Assembly (NCBI GenBank): GCA_050309605.1
Contig: JBNRMN010000067.1
Span: 32,001-96,000, forward strand
DNA from: Anaerohalosphaeraceae bacterium
GTDB taxonomy: Bacteria; Planctomycetota; Phycisphaerae; Sedimentisphaerales; Anaerohalosphaeraceae
DNA: 64,000 bases
Reading direction: 5' to 3'
Below are positions 48,461-58,964 of the stretch, in pieces; the first letter of the stretch is position 1, and each line of letters starts with the position of its first letter. The notes under the pieces are model-generated. The model saw only the letters and a program-made list of their open reading frames with translations, searched no databases and was not told where the DNA came from. A program made the position numbers and the translations under genes.

Positions 48461-49714
48461 ATGGCGGCAAATGCATTGTATGCGGGCAAGGCGGATGCGA
48501 TGGTGCTTCAGGGATTTCACTGGAAATCAAACGAGCATCCCTGGTATCAGATTCTCACGGATCGGGTCGGGGACATTCAGGCGGCCGGGTTTGACTATGT
48601 CTGGTTTCCGCCGCCGTCGGCCAGCGCCGATCCGCACGGCTATCTGCCGACGGAATGGTACAATCTCAACAGCAGCTACGGCACACGGGACGAACTGAAG
48701 GCCGCGATTGCCGCGCTGCGCGGCGGCTCCCGTTCCGTCGAAGCGATAGCCGATGTGGTGGTCAACCATCGCTGCGGGCTGAAAGACTGGGCCGACTTCC
48801 ACAACCCGAATTTCGCCCCCGAAGGCACGACCGATCCGAAAGCGATTGACAAAGCCAACCGTAAAGCCGTCATCCAGGAAGATGAATGGAAGGATGCCGG
48901 CGGCACGCCTGCCGGTGCGTCCGATACCGGCGAGCAATTCGACGGCGGACGCGACCTGGACCATACCAACCCGCTGGTGCAAGAGGCAATTGTCAACTGG
49001 CTCAACTGGCTCAAAGGCGAGATCGGGTTTGCCGGCTGGCGATGGGATTTGGTCAAGGGGTATCATCCGCGATTTGTAGGAATCTACAACGACGCCACCA
49101 AGCCGGCGTTTTCCGTGGCTGAGTTTGCCGAAGCCGAGCCGCTGCCGCTGGTCGATTGGATCAATCGCACCTACGGCAAGCCGGACATCGACGAAGCGCC
49201 CGACCGCACCGGCGGAAAGAGCTGCGCGTTTGACTTTGCCACGCGCTGGTTTCTGAAAAGAGCGTTCGAGGAGAATAACTATGAGCTGCTCAAGAGCGTC
49301 GATGGCCGGTGCGCCGGGCTGATCGGCCATTGGCCGGCGATGGCGGTGACGTTTCTGGATAATCACGACACCGAGCCGGCCAACCACAACGAGCCTTGTC
49401 CGTCCGAGCGCATCGCCGCCGGCTATGCGTATCTGCTGACCCATCCAGGCAAGCCGTGCGTGTTCTGGCCGCATCTGTTTGACTGGGATGACGCTTTACG
49501 TCAGACGATTGTGTCGCTGATGGAGCTGCGCCGTCGGATCGGGCTGCACGCCGAAAGCGCCGTCAATATCCTGGACGCACAAACCGACCTGTACGCCGCT
49601 GTCATCGACGACAAGATCGCCCTGAAGCTCGGCCCGGCCCCGTGGCAGCCGCAAGGCGACAACTGGCAAACCGCTCTGGCCGGTGAGGACTTTGCTGTGT
49701 GGAGTCGGTCATAA
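48461..49714 (+). CDS. Alpha-amylase (GH13, plant-type/maltotetraose-forming-like), no signal peptide
   Basis: LQGFHW, WFPPPS, GYLP, DVVVNHR, GWRWDLVKGY, VAE, FLDNHDT, YLLTHPG-x-PCVFW. Confidence 0.92.
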   Translation: MAANALYAGKADAMVLQGFHWKSNEHPWYQILTDRVGDIQAAGFDYVWFPPPSASADPHGYLPTEWYNLNSSYGTRDELKAAIAALRGGSRSVEAIADVVVNHRCGLKDWADFHNPNFAPEGTTDPKAIDKANRKAVIQEDEWKDAGGTPAGASDTGEQFDGGRDLDHTNPLVQEAIVNWLNWLKGEIGFAGWRWDLVKGYHPRFVGIYNDATKPAFSVAEFAEAEPLPLVDWINRTYGKPDIDEAPDRTGGKSCAFDFATRWFLKRAFEENNYELLKSVDGRCAGLIGHWPAMAVTFLDNHDTEPANHNEPCPSERIAAGYAYLLTHPGKPCVFWPHLFDWDDALRQTIVSLMELRRRIGLHAESAVNILDAQTDLYAAVIDDKIALKLGPAPWQPQGDNWQTALAGEDFAVWSRS

Positions 49715-49807
49715 TATGCGGTGAAATGTTCCCTTGTTATCCGATTAAACGGAATTATTCTTCTGCAACAGAATGGCGGCTTGGTTCAATGGAGTCTGCG
49801 TGTCGGT

Positions 49808-50100
49808 TCAGACGGCAAACTGAGTCAGATAGTCGTTGAGCAGAAGGGCGCTGAGAATGTCAAAAGGACTTTCCTGAACGAGTACAGCTTCTTTGGATTC
49901 GATCAGACGGCCGTTTGTTCCGTAAACCGCCCATGGAAAGCCGTCGATAATGCCAATACGCCGAATATCACCTCGCTGAAGGTTGCAAAAAGCCAGCACT
50001 TCTTCGATGTTCTTGGTCTGATTTCCTCCAGGCTGACCGACCCATTTTGCCTCTCCGATGATATAATGTGAGCCGGATTTGGCGATCAAGTCCGGACGCA
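49808..50100 (-). pseudogene. C-terminal fragment of a type II restriction endonuclease (PD-(D/E)xK)
   Basis: RPDLIAK...YIIGEAKWVGQPGGNQ...IGIIDG...ILSALLL; no credible N-terminal half or RBS; no methyltransferase in the window. Confidence 0.6.
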
Positions 50101-50206
50101 AAAGGAATACGAATACTGCCAATTCCCGAATCTCATGGCGTCGGAAAAAACTCATCAACGCGATCTTAATGAATGTCAATGCTATCTGCTTCGTCGGGTT
50201 TTTAGT

Positions 50207-50428
50207 CTAATCTGATTCCCAAACGGAAATACCTTCGTTATTGTTTCCAATATCCAGTTCTGCGTTCCACCAAAGCGGTTCTGTCATAGAACCATCGTTG
50301 TCATTATGACTGCGATATCTTGAAAGTGCATATTCCAATGCCTTTTCTTCCGATGGGGCATAAACATCGATTTCGTAATTAACAGGCACTTTCATTGCCA
50401 AACTTACAGTATATTTTATTCTCTTCAT
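50207..50428 (-). CDS. Small hypothetical protein, DpnD/PcfM-like
   Basis: YTV...EIDVYAPSEEKALEYAL pattern; overlaps the 3' end of the upstream gene. Confidence 0.45.
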   Translation of the reverse strand: MKRIKYTVSLAMKVPVNYEIDVYAPSEEKALEYALSRYRSHNDNDGSMTEPLWWNAELDIGNNNEGISVWESD

Positions 50429-51281
50429 GGGCAGATACCTTGTCAAAACATTTCAGGTCAATTGTTTTTTGTGAGACAATTTTTCGAGCGCAAACCACAA
50501 AATCATAAAAGTCTTGGTTAATGTCTGATAAGAAGTTCATGAAGTTAATGTCTGCAATTTCTTTTTGTCGTGCGGATACAATAATTTCGCTCTGAAGTGG
50601 CCTATCAATATTTAAGTGAATAACCCCGATTCCGTATCCGTTATTCAAGCGAGTCAGGTTTGAAATAAAATCTTTGTCGCGATTCAAATCGCCAACAACT
50701 AAATATCCAAAGTTCGCCCAACTGGAATTCGAGACAGCCTGAAAGTAACATTCAGTAAAGTTGCCCTTGTTAATTTCCAGTTTTAACTCAAAACTATAAA
50801 ATTCAAATACTTTTGTTGACAGAATGCCTAATTTTTCCACTTCAGATTGAAAAAGCGTATTTAGGTTTAGCAATACAGGATTCAAGCCCACAATGTCAGG
50901 ATTCGACCATATACTTATCTTGTTATTTCGCCGTTTTTTAACTTTTAGTGCATTGATCGTTTTGCAATATACATTGAATCTGTTAAACACAAACTCAGCT
51001 AATGGTTGATGTAGTTCGGCTTCTTTCAAAGATTTTTTTAGTGGAATACTCCTATCCCGAATTATAAATCGACGAGGACCAGCTTTCAATAGTACCGGAT
51101 CCCATCCGCTTGAATATTTTGTAAGTCTTCTGGCAATAGCAGAAAGTGGAACTTTGACGCGAGTAAACTCTTCACATTTCTTATGTTTTGGATTTTTTTC
51201 AATAAGCTCTAAAATTTCACCTTGAGATAATGGCTTCTTAGCTTCTTCTAATGCTTCTATGATCAATTCAATAAGCCTCAT
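50379..51281 (-). CDS. HrgA/COG2958-like protein (N-terminal HTH, C-terminal restriction-endonuclease-like fold)
   Basis: EAELHQPL, WSNPDIVG, SFELK, YFQAVSNSSWANFGYLV, RL-x3-YGIGVI; very AT-rich; RBS gaggag. Confidence 0.85.
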   Translation of the reverse strand: MRLIELIIEALEEAKKPLSQGEILELIEKNPKHKKCEEFTRVKVPLSAIARRLTKYSSGWDPVLLKAGPRRFIIRDRSIPLKKSLKEAELHQPLAEFVFNRFNVYCKTINALKVKKRRNNKISIWSNPDIVGLNPVLLNLNTLFQSEVEKLGILSTKVFEFYSFELKLEINKGNFTECYFQAVSNSSWANFGYLVVGDLNRDKDFISNLTRLNNGYGIGVIHLNIDRPLQSEIIVSARQKEIADINFMNFLSDINQDFYDFVVCARKIVSQKTIDLKCFDKVSAHEENKIYCKFGNESAC

Positions 51282-51487
51282 ATCATGTAACTCCTCTCTG
51301 AGCAATTGAATTTCTCTCTACATAGGTGATTTTACGGAATAACGAATGGGAAAATCGGAGCCAAATATGTCAATATCCGCTAAAAAAACCTGTGTTTCGC
51401 TTCTGGTTTTTTTTTAGTGTATAACTCATGTTTCACCCGAACAAAATTCATCTCGAAAGTCATGTATAATACTCTTTAGCTGGAATG

Positions 51488-52588
51488 TCAAGGTTTGTTA
51501 TTTTTTCGCCATGTTCGCAGGGCGTCCAGGAGATGCTGCATATCGTCGGGCAGGGGGGCCTCGAAGTGCATCCGCTGTGCGGTGGTCGGATGGGTCAGTT
51601 CCAGCCGCCAGGCGTGCAGGGCGCAGCGGGCCATCAGCGGCTGTTCGGGCACGGCGGGGCGATCTTCGATTTGCCAGGAATAGACGATTTTTCCGCCGTA
51701 CATATCATCGGCGACGATGGGGTGTTTCAGCCAGGACAGGTGCACGCGAATCTGATGGGTGCGTCCGGTCTTGAGGTCGAGTTTGACCAGCGCATAGCCG
51801 CGAAAGGCCTCGATCACTTCGTAAAACGTGACGGCCTCTTTGCCGATGTCATGGCGGACGGCGAATTTTTCGCGCACGAGCGGATGGACGCCGAGCGGCT
51901 GACTGATGCGGTCGGCGGTCAATTCCGGCACGCCGTGAATCAGGGCGACGTACGTTTTCTTGACGGTGCGTTCGGCAAACTGTCGGCTCAGCTTCCAATG
52001 GGCGGTATCGGTTTTGGCCACGACCAGACAGCCGGTGGTGTTGCGGTCCAGACGATGGACGATGCCGGGACGCCGGTCGTCCCCGCCGCCGGACGATAGT
52101 TTCTGAAAATGATACACCAGCCCGTTGACGAGCGTGCCGTTTTTGTAGCCGCGCGCCGGATGGACGATCAGATTGGCCTGTTTGTTCAGTACGAGCAGGT
52201 CGTCGTCTTCATACAGAATGTGCAGGGGAATGTCTTCGGGGATCAGCTCGCGCAGTTCGCGCGGCGGCAAAATCAGATCGATCCAGTCGCCCGGATTGAG
52301 TTTGCAGCTCGGCTTGGCGGGACGTCCGTTGACATTGACGCCCTGTTCCATGATGAGTTTTTGCAGTCGTGTCCGGCTGAACTGGCTGAACCGACCGGTT
52401 AGATATTTATCCAGTCGCCGATGTTTAAGGTTGGTTCCGACGCGAAAGCGCAACTCCCGACCGGCCAGTTCATCGGACGGATCCTGTTCGTCGAGCACGT
52501 CCTCTGTCGCGCAAGGATCCTCCGGCGACGGGATCGCGGGCGGCTTTGGCTCAATGTCTTCAAATGGCGGTAATTCGGTCGAAACCAT
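51488..52588 (-). CDS. rluD: RluA family pseudouridine synthase with S4 domain (RluD-like)
   Basis: RLDKYL S4 domain, ILYED, RPGIVHRLD, TGRTHQIRVH, ALHA. Confidence 0.92.
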   Translation of the reverse strand: MVSTELPPFEDIEPKPPAIPSPEDPCATEDVLDEQDPSDELAGRELRFRVGTNLKHRRLDKYLTGRFSQFSRTRLQKLIMEQGVNVNGRPAKPSCKLNPGDWIDLILPPRELRELIPEDIPLHILYEDDDLLVLNKQANLIVHPARGYKNGTLVNGLVYHFQKLSSGGGDDRRPGIVHRLDRNTTGCLVVAKTDTAHWKLSRQFAERTVKKTYVALIHGVPELTADRISQPLGVHPLVREKFAVRHDIGKEAVTFYEVIEAFRGYALVKLDLKTGRTHQIRVHLSWLKHPIVADDMYGGKIVYSWQIEDRPAVPEQPLMARCALHAWRLELTHPTTAQRMHFEAPLPDDMQHLLDALRTWRKNNKP

Positions 52589-52750
52589 TGTCCTGATTGA
52601 TTCACACTTGATTCATAGAGAACCGACTTATGAGCATGACTGCGCCGGTCAAATACAGGCGATACCGCTGCCGGCCTCGATCCCTTCGGTCAACGCCGAA
52701 ACACGTTATCAATAGTCCTGTGGCTGGAATGCGTTGGGGTCGTACGGACG

Positions 52751-53644
52751 TCAGTTTTGTTCGCTGTCCGGTTCGGCCCGTGCCTCCGATTCGGAATCTG
52801 CGGTCGGCAGGCTCACGGCATCAGCGCCCAAATCCGGCATGGCGGGCGTGAGCGAATCCAGCGACGGCGGCGTCTGAAAGACCGAGCCGGGATCGGCCTG
52901 GAACATCTCGCCGCTTACATTGTCCGGCATAAGAAAATCCTCATCCGGCATGGCCGCCGGCGCCGGCGCAAAGGCAAACGTCTCAAGATTTTCGTTCAGC
53001 GCAGCCAGCCGCTGTCGGGCCTTGGCCGGGAACAGGGTGGCGGCAAATTCGGGCGCGTCGATGATGTGCTGATATATTTCGGCCGCCTGGTCGCGCTGTC
53101 CCAGTTCTTCAGCGCACAGGCCCAGACCCAATGTGGCCATCGCCTTCAGGGTTGGCGTGGTCGCCGCGGCCAGGGCCTTTTCATAGGCTTGCCGCGCCTG
53201 TTCGATTCGCGAATGTACGTCTTCAACATCGATCAGGCCGGGCCGCAAGTGCAGTTCCGTTCGCAGGGCCTGAGCCGCTTTGATCTGGGCCAGGGCTTGG
53301 AGGTCAGGGTTGCCGGTCTGGTCGGCCTGGTCGAGCAGGGCATTGGCGCTGACCAGCAGGGCATTGCTCGCTTCCTCGACGGAGCCGCCTTCTTCTTGCT
53401 CGGCCGCCTGAAGGATGCGGTACACATCGGCCTCGAGCGACTGAATCATTTCGGTGATGGACGCCGCTTTGGCGATGTCGCGCTGCTGACGCATCCGGGA
53501 AAACATCGGCCAGGTAATCAGTCCGATGAGAATCAGGGTGATGCCGATAATTGTGCTAACATTGCGCTTCAGGAAGTCCGGGGCGTGTGTCAGCCAGTCA
53601 GCCAATTCGTTGGTTTTCAGTTCATGGCGATGTTTTGCGTCCAT
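52751..53644 (-). CDS. Membrane-anchored TPR-like protein (YfgM-like)
   Basis: HRHELKTNELA N-terminus, one transmembrane helix, helical repeats (ATLGLGLCAEELG...A...Y). Confidence 0.7.
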   Translation of the reverse strand: MDAKHRHELKTNELADWLTHAPDFLKRNVSTIIGITLILIGLITWPMFSRMRQQRDIAKAASITEMIQSLEADVYRILQAAEQEEGGSVEEASNALLVSANALLDQADQTGNPDLQALAQIKAAQALRTELHLRPGLIDVEDVHSRIEQARQAYEKALAAATTPTLKAMATLGLGLCAEELGQRDQAAEIYQHIIDAPEFAATLFPAKARQRLAALNENLETFAFAPAPAAMPDEDFLMPDNVSGEMFQADPGSVFQTPPSLDSLTPAMPDLGADAVSLPTADSESEARAEPDSEQN

Positions 53645-53725
53645 TATTGTCTCCGTTAATCAAGTTTTGACTCTATTGATGTCTATTTCTCACAACCCAA
53701 AAACCCTATTATAGGAAAAATGCTT

Positions 53726-53754
53726 TTGACTTACAAGAAGCGTTTGCCGATACT
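53726..53754 (+). promoter_or_regulatory. Possible sigma70-type promoter for the S55 peptidase operon
   Basis: TTGACT-N17-GATACT. Confidence 0.4.
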
Positions 53755-53803
53755 GAACGTATTACATTGCCGCCCGTAAACACGATAACAGGATAAGCGA
53801 AAA

Positions 53804-55603
53804 ATGACGGAAAGACGAAAGAAAATGCATCAATTGTGCGTTTTATCGATGTTATTGCTCGTTTTCAGTTTCTCAAACGGGCAGATTGACCGCAGCCAAT
53901 ACATTACTCTGGACGAAGTCCGGACGGATATGGAGGCTTATGCGCTGACGGTGTGGTACGGGACTGAAATTGAAACATTCCCGCTGAAGGTTCTCAGTGT
54001 GGTCCGAAATCGCCAGCCGGGCGAAGATATGATCCTGGTGGTCGGCGAGGATGAGCGTTTCAAGCAGGCCGGTGCGGTCCGAGGTTGCAGCGGCTCGCCG
54101 GTTTTTATTGACGGGCGATTGGCCGGGGCGCTGGCGGCCGGCTGGAGTGCGGCCAAGGAACCGCTCTATCTGGTACGTCCGATTGAAGCGATGCTCGAAG
54201 TGGGCACGCTGCCTGCGACCGAACCGCCCGGACAGGGACGTCGGCTGATTAAAATGGATGGCAGCCAGCCGCTGGATCTGGAGGCGGTTGCCGAGCAGGT
54301 CACCCGTGCGTTTGGCTCGCGATCCGCCGGCGACCGTCCGCTGCTGCCGCTGGCGACCTCGCTGCCGGCGCACGTGTGCGGCGAACTGGCCGAGGGATTT
54401 CGGTCGCTGGGGGTGATGCCGATTCCGGGCGGCTTGACCGCCTCGACGGTTTCGGATGCGACTGATGAGGCCCCGTTTGAACGGGGCGGCGTGCTGTCGG
54501 TGGTGTTGTGCTCAGGGGATATCAATCTGGCCGGCGTCGGAACCGTCACGGAAGTGGACGGCGATATCGTCTATGGTTTCGGCCATGATTTTACCGGTAT
54601 CGGTGCGGTGGAGTTTCCCATGGGCGACGGGTTTGTGCATTCGGTTATTGCCTCGCGCGATATGTCGTTCAAGCTGGCCACGCCCGGGACCATCAGAGGT
54701 ACGATTCAATTTGATCAATATGCGGCGGTTCGCGGTCAAATCGGCAAGATGCCCACGATGGTCCCGATGCAAATTACCGTCGAGCGATTTAACGACCCTC
54801 AGGTGCGTACCTACGCGTGTCGGTTGGCTTATGATCGTGAATATACCCCCATGATCGCCCGGATGGTTGCCCAGGCCGCGGCGCTGATGCGGGGGCCGCT
54901 TCCTCCGGAGCACACAGTGCGGTATCAGGGACGGATTACGGTCCAGGGCGGCGAGCCGATTGCGTTTGAGAATGTCTCTTCCGGCCGCAGCGTCGCCGAG
55001 GTGGGGTCAGAGCTGCTTAGTACCTTGACGCTGCTGCTGAACAACTCGTTTGAAGTGGTCAAACCCGAGTCGATTGATCTGGATATGGTGATTGAACCGG
55101 ATGACAGCACCGCAGCGATCTGGTCGGCGCGACTGTCGCAGGCCGTCGTCAAGCCCGGTCAAACGATTACGGCCGATGTGATGCTGCAAACGTTTCGTGC
55201 TGAGCGCATTGCGGCCTCAGTGGAACTGACGATTCCGGAAACCATGCCCCCCGGCAAGTACCCGCTTCATCTGTTGGGGGCGTCCGCCTACAATTCGTTT
55301 TTGAATCAGAATGCCCCGCAGCGGTTTCGTGTTGTCGATGCCGAGTCGCTGCGGACGGGTCTGAATCGTGTGCTGAATATGCCGCGCAATCGGCTGTATG
55401 CGGTGCTGCCGATTCCCGCAACCGGCTTGACACTGCGTCGGCACGAGTTGCCCGATCTGCCGCCGTCACGGATGCTTCTGATTCAGGATGCCCGACGGCT
55501 GGAGCCGATTGAACCGTACAAAAACTGGATAGAAAACAACGCTGAACTGGACAAAATCGTGTCCGGCGGCGCTCAGATTGAATTGACCGTTGAACAACCT
55601 TAA
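53804..55603 (+). CDS. Secreted SpoIVB-like peptidase S55 domain protein
   Basis: Signal peptide; GCSGSPVFIDGRLAGAL, GTVT...GFGH, SFKL motifs. Confidence 0.88.
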   Translation: MTERRKKMHQLCVLSMLLLVFSFSNGQIDRSQYITLDEVRTDMEAYALTVWYGTEIETFPLKVLSVVRNRQPGEDMILVVGEDERFKQAGAVRGCSGSPVFIDGRLAGALAAGWSAAKEPLYLVRPIEAMLEVGTLPATEPPGQGRRLIKMDGSQPLDLEAVAEQVTRAFGSRSAGDRPLLPLATSLPAHVCGELAEGFRSLGVMPIPGGLTASTVSDATDEAPFERGGVLSVVLCSGDINLAGVGTVTEVDGDIVYGFGHDFTGIGAVEFPMGDGFVHSVIASRDMSFKLATPGTIRGTIQFDQYAAVRGQIGKMPTMVPMQITVERFNDPQVRTYACRLAYDREYTPMIARMVAQAAALMRGPLPPEHTVRYQGRITVQGGEPIAFENVSSGRSVAEVGSELLSTLTLLLNNSFEVVKPESIDLDMVIEPDDSTAAIWSARLSQAVVKPGQTITADVMLQTFRAERIAASVELTIPETMPPGKYPLHLLGASAYNSFLNQNAPQRFRVVDAESLRTGLNRVLNMPRNRLYAVLPIPATGLTLRRHELPDLPPSRMLLIQDARRLEPIEPYKNWIENNAELDKIVSGGAQIELTVEQP

Positions 55604-55621
55604 TACCGGGAAACAGTGCTG

Positions 55622-57817
55622 ATGAACAACAAAAGAATCGAGGGTTTTGTGCGTTTTGTTTGTCTTTTCTTTTTTTATGCTGCGGCGGGGGCGTTGGCGG
55701 TTACGTCGGTCATAACGCGGCACAACAGCGGCGAGGATTTTGCCAAAGGCGATACCGAGCAGGTTGTTGTGGATTCTGCCGGAACGCTGCGGCTGGCTCC
55801 GCGAACTCGGCATATCGACTGCGGCCAATTGCTCAATGACGTGTGGACGATCAACTGTCTGTTGACCGACCATCGTCAGGCGCTGTATCTGGGTACAAGC
55901 CCCAATGGAACGGTTATTCGCATTCTGAATGATCAGGCGTTGCAGGTCTGGCCCAAACACACCGCCGACCCGACCGTCGGCGACGGATTTACCAATCAGC
56001 ACGTGTTTGCATTGGCGCTGGATGTGGCCGACCGATTGCTGATCGGCGTCAGCGGTGAAAAAGGGAAGCTCGTTCGGCTCGGCGCCGAGGCCGAGACCGT
56101 CTTCGAACATGACAAAGTGCAGTATATCCACGCGATTGCCCGCGACGCCGAGGATCATATTTATCTGGGAACCGGCCCTGAAGGACTGATCTTCCGACTG
56201 GACCCGTTCTGCCAGTCGGCGGAGATCTTTTACGATACCCAGGACAAAAACATTCTGTCGCTGGTGGTTGGCGACGGGGTGCTGTATGCCGGCTCCGACC
56301 AGCGGGGGCTGGTCTATAAACTGTCGCTGGACGGCAAAGAGGTATCGGTGCTGTACGATTCCGAGCAGACGGAAATCACCGCGCTGCAGACCGATGCGGC
56401 GGGCAATGTCTATGCCGCTGCGACCAGCGCGCAGGCCGCGGCCCAGCAGCTTCGCGCCGCCTCGGCGGCGATGGCCAAATCACCCGGACGTCCCGACACC
56501 GAGGCGTCGGCTCAACCCGACGGCGAGGGGGTAACACTGACCACCGCCAACAGCGATGACGCCAAAGACGACCAGCAGCAACAGCCGTCTCGTCCGACAC
56601 CGTCGCCGCCTCAGCCCCCTGCGGCCCGCACCGCCGGACAGATTTACAAGATCACGCCGGACGGTTTTGTGACGACGGTCTTCAGTGAAATGGCGGTCTT
56701 TTACACGTTGCTGATTCAGGATGACAGACTCTGGCTGGGCACCGGCAATGACGGACGTCTTTACACCGTCAAGCCCGCAACCGAGGAAAAGAGCATTGCG
56801 TATGAAGACAAGCTCTCGGCGCAGATTACGGCGCTGACGCAGGTCAACGGCGCGTTTTATGTAGGCTTGTCCAATCCGGCGCGTCTGATACGGCTTGAAC
56901 AGGCCTATGAGAACGAAGGCCTGTTTCGTTCGCCGTTAATTGATGCCGGCCAGCCGGCCCGCTGGGGAAAGATTCAGCTTGAGGCGGATGTGCCCGGCGG
57001 CTGTGAGATTCGGGTCGCCTCCCGCAGCGGCAACGTCAATGACCCCAACGACCCGACGTTTTCGCCCTGGACTGATGAAACGGTGTTGACCGGCCCGGCG
57101 GAACTGCACAATCCGGTCGGACGCTTTTTGCAGTACCGGTTGCGGCTGTCCGCCTCGGCGGATGACAAAACGCCCGTCGTACGCGAAGCGGCGGTCTCGC
57201 ATGTAGTGCCCAATCTGTCACCACAGGTCACGAGCGTGCGCGCGGCCCGTTCACGTGACAAAAACAAGCCGGGTATTGTCGAGATTAACTTTGCCGCTCA
57301 GGACGACAATCGCGATGAACTGACCTACAAAATAGAATTTCGTCAGATCGGGCGCAGCCGCTGGATTCTGCTCAAAGATGAACTGACCCAGCCGCGATTC
57401 GAATGGGACGGACGCACCGTTGCGGACGGGCGCTATGAGATACGCGTCACCGCCGATGATTACAAGGGCAACTGTCCCGATACCGCACTGACCGGTTCGC
57501 GCGTCAGCGATCCGTTGGTGATTGACAATACCCCGCCGGTCATCGACAGCGCCGACGTCCGCATCGAGGGCGGCGACGTTGTATTGAAGCTGAACGTCCG
57601 CGACGAACTGACCGTCATCGGCAAGGTGGCTTATACCGTCAACAGCCATGAACGCTGGATCAGTGTGCTGCCGGATGATTCGATCTATGATGCACTGGAA
57701 GAAACGTTTACGATTCGGATTAACGATCTGGACAGCGGACCGAATGTGATTGCCGTGTCCGTGGCCGATGATGTGGGCAATACGCACTACCGAAGTTTTG
57801 AAGTGCAGATTCCGTAG
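55622..57817 (+). CDS. Secreted beta-propeller protein with C-terminal Ig/FN3-like domains
   Basis: Signal peptide; repeated (L/I)Y-x-GT-x-P-x-G-x-(I/V)-x-R blades; RSGN, RFLQYR, DGRYEIRV-x-A-x-D, IDNTPP. Confidence 0.8.
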   Translation: MNNKRIEGFVRFVCLFFFYAAAGALAVTSVITRHNSGEDFAKGDTEQVVVDSAGTLRLAPRTRHIDCGQLLNDVWTINCLLTDHRQALYLGTSPNGTVIRILNDQALQVWPKHTADPTVGDGFTNQHVFALALDVADRLLIGVSGEKGKLVRLGAEAETVFEHDKVQYIHAIARDAEDHIYLGTGPEGLIFRLDPFCQSAEIFYDTQDKNILSLVVGDGVLYAGSDQRGLVYKLSLDGKEVSVLYDSEQTEITALQTDAAGNVYAAATSAQAAAQQLRAASAAMAKSPGRPDTEASAQPDGEGVTLTTANSDDAKDDQQQQPSRPTPSPPQPPAARTAGQIYKITPDGFVTTVFSEMAVFYTLLIQDDRLWLGTGNDGRLYTVKPATEEKSIAYEDKLSAQITALTQVNGAFYVGLSNPARLIRLEQAYENEGLFRSPLIDAGQPARWGKIQLEADVPGGCEIRVASRSGNVNDPNDPTFSPWTDETVLTGPAELHNPVGRFLQYRLRLSASADDKTPVVREAAVSHVVPNLSPQVTSVRAARSRDKNKPGIVEINFAAQDDNRDELTYKIEFRQIGRSRWILLKDELTQPRFEWDGRTVADGRYEIRVTADDYKGNCPDTALTGSRVSDPLVIDNTPPVIDSADVRIEGGDVVLKLNVRDELTVIGKVAYTVNSHERWISVLPDDSIYDALEETFTIRINDLDSGPNVIAVSVADDVGNTHYRSFEVQIP

Positions 57818-57874
57818 AACCCAAACAAAGCCGAATAGCAAAAAAGTGAATGCATAACACAACGGAGGTGAATT

Positions 57875-58948
57875 ATGGCGACTCTTGACAGCATTGAAAA
57901 AATCCTGGGTCAGGACGCGGCGTCTTTATTGTCATTCCATTCGCCGAAGATTTCAAAAGACCACCTGCACATTCCCGGCCCTGACTGGGTGGACCGAATC
58001 TTCGGGCCGTCGGATCGGCCGGTTCCGGTATTAAACAGCGTGCGGCGGTTTTTCTGTGATCGGGGGCGTTTGGCCGGAACGGGGTATCTGTCGCTGCTGC
58101 CGGTCGATCAGGGCGTCGAACATTCCGGAGGTGCATCGTTTGCCCCTAATCCGATCTATTTCGATCCGGAAAATATCGTCAAGCTGGCCCTCGAAGGCGG
58201 CTGCAACGGCGTGGCCTCGACGCTGGGTGTGCTGGGCAGTGTGTCGCGCAAGTACGCCCATCAGATCCCGTTTATCGTCAAGCTCAATCACAATGAGCTG
58301 CTGACCTGTCCGAACAAATTTGATCAGGTGATGTTTGCTGCGGTCAAACAGGCCTGGGACCTTGGCGCTGCGGCTGTCGGAGCGACGATCTATTACGGTT
58401 CGCAGGAAAGCAGCCGCCAGATCGTGGAGGTCAGCGAGGCCTTCGAAATGGCGCACGAGCTGGGCATGGCGACGGTGTTGTGGTGCTATCTGCGTAATCC
58501 GGCCTTCAAAGTGGACGGCAAAGACTACCACACCAGCAGCGACCTGACCGGACAGGCCAACCATCTGGGCGCGACGATTGAGGCCGACCTGATTAAACAA
58601 AAACAGCCAACGCTGGACGGCGGCTACAAAGCGCTGAACAAGGACGGCAGCTTCGGCAAGTACAGCGACGCGATGTACACTGACCTGAACAGCGACCATC
58701 CGATTGACCTGACTCGCTATCAGGTGGCCAATAATTATATGGGGCGAATCGGCCTGATCAACAGCGGCGGCGCATCGGGCAAGAATGACCTGGCCCAGGC
58801 GGTCCGCACGGCGGTGATCAATAAACGCGCCGGCGGCATTGGCCTGATCAGCGGACGCAAGGCCTTTCAAAAGCCGATGAAAGACGGCGTCGCGCTGCTC
58901 AATGCCATTCAGGATGTCTATCTGTGCAAAGAAGTCACCGTGGCGTGA
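57875..58948 (+). CDS. fbaB: Class I fructose-bisphosphate aldolase (DhnA/FbaB)
   Basis: [52 protein letters not shown]. Confidence 0.96.
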   Translation: MATLDSIEKILGQDAASLLSFHSPKISKDHLHIPGPDWVDRIFGPSDRPVPVLNSVRRFFCDRGRLAGTGYLSLLPVDQGVEHSGGASFAPNPIYFDPENIVKLALEGGCNGVASTLGVLGSVSRKYAHQIPFIVKLNHNELLTCPNKFDQVMFAAVKQAWDLGAAAVGATIYYGSQESSRQIVEVSEAFEMAHELGMATVLWCYLRNPAFKVDGKDYHTSSDLTGQANHLGATIEADLIKQKQPTLDGGYKALNKDGSFGKYSDAMYTDLNSDHPIDLTRYQVANNYMGRIGLINSGGASGKNDLAQAVRTAVINKRAGGIGLISGRKAFQKPMKDGVALLNAIQDVYLCKEVTVA

Positions 58949-58964
58949 TGTGAAAGGTGATGGC

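Noticed and set aside
49721..50071. 116-aa + strand ORF as a gene
   Set aside because: It is the antisense shadow of the - strand endonuclease fragment, which has recognisable motifs
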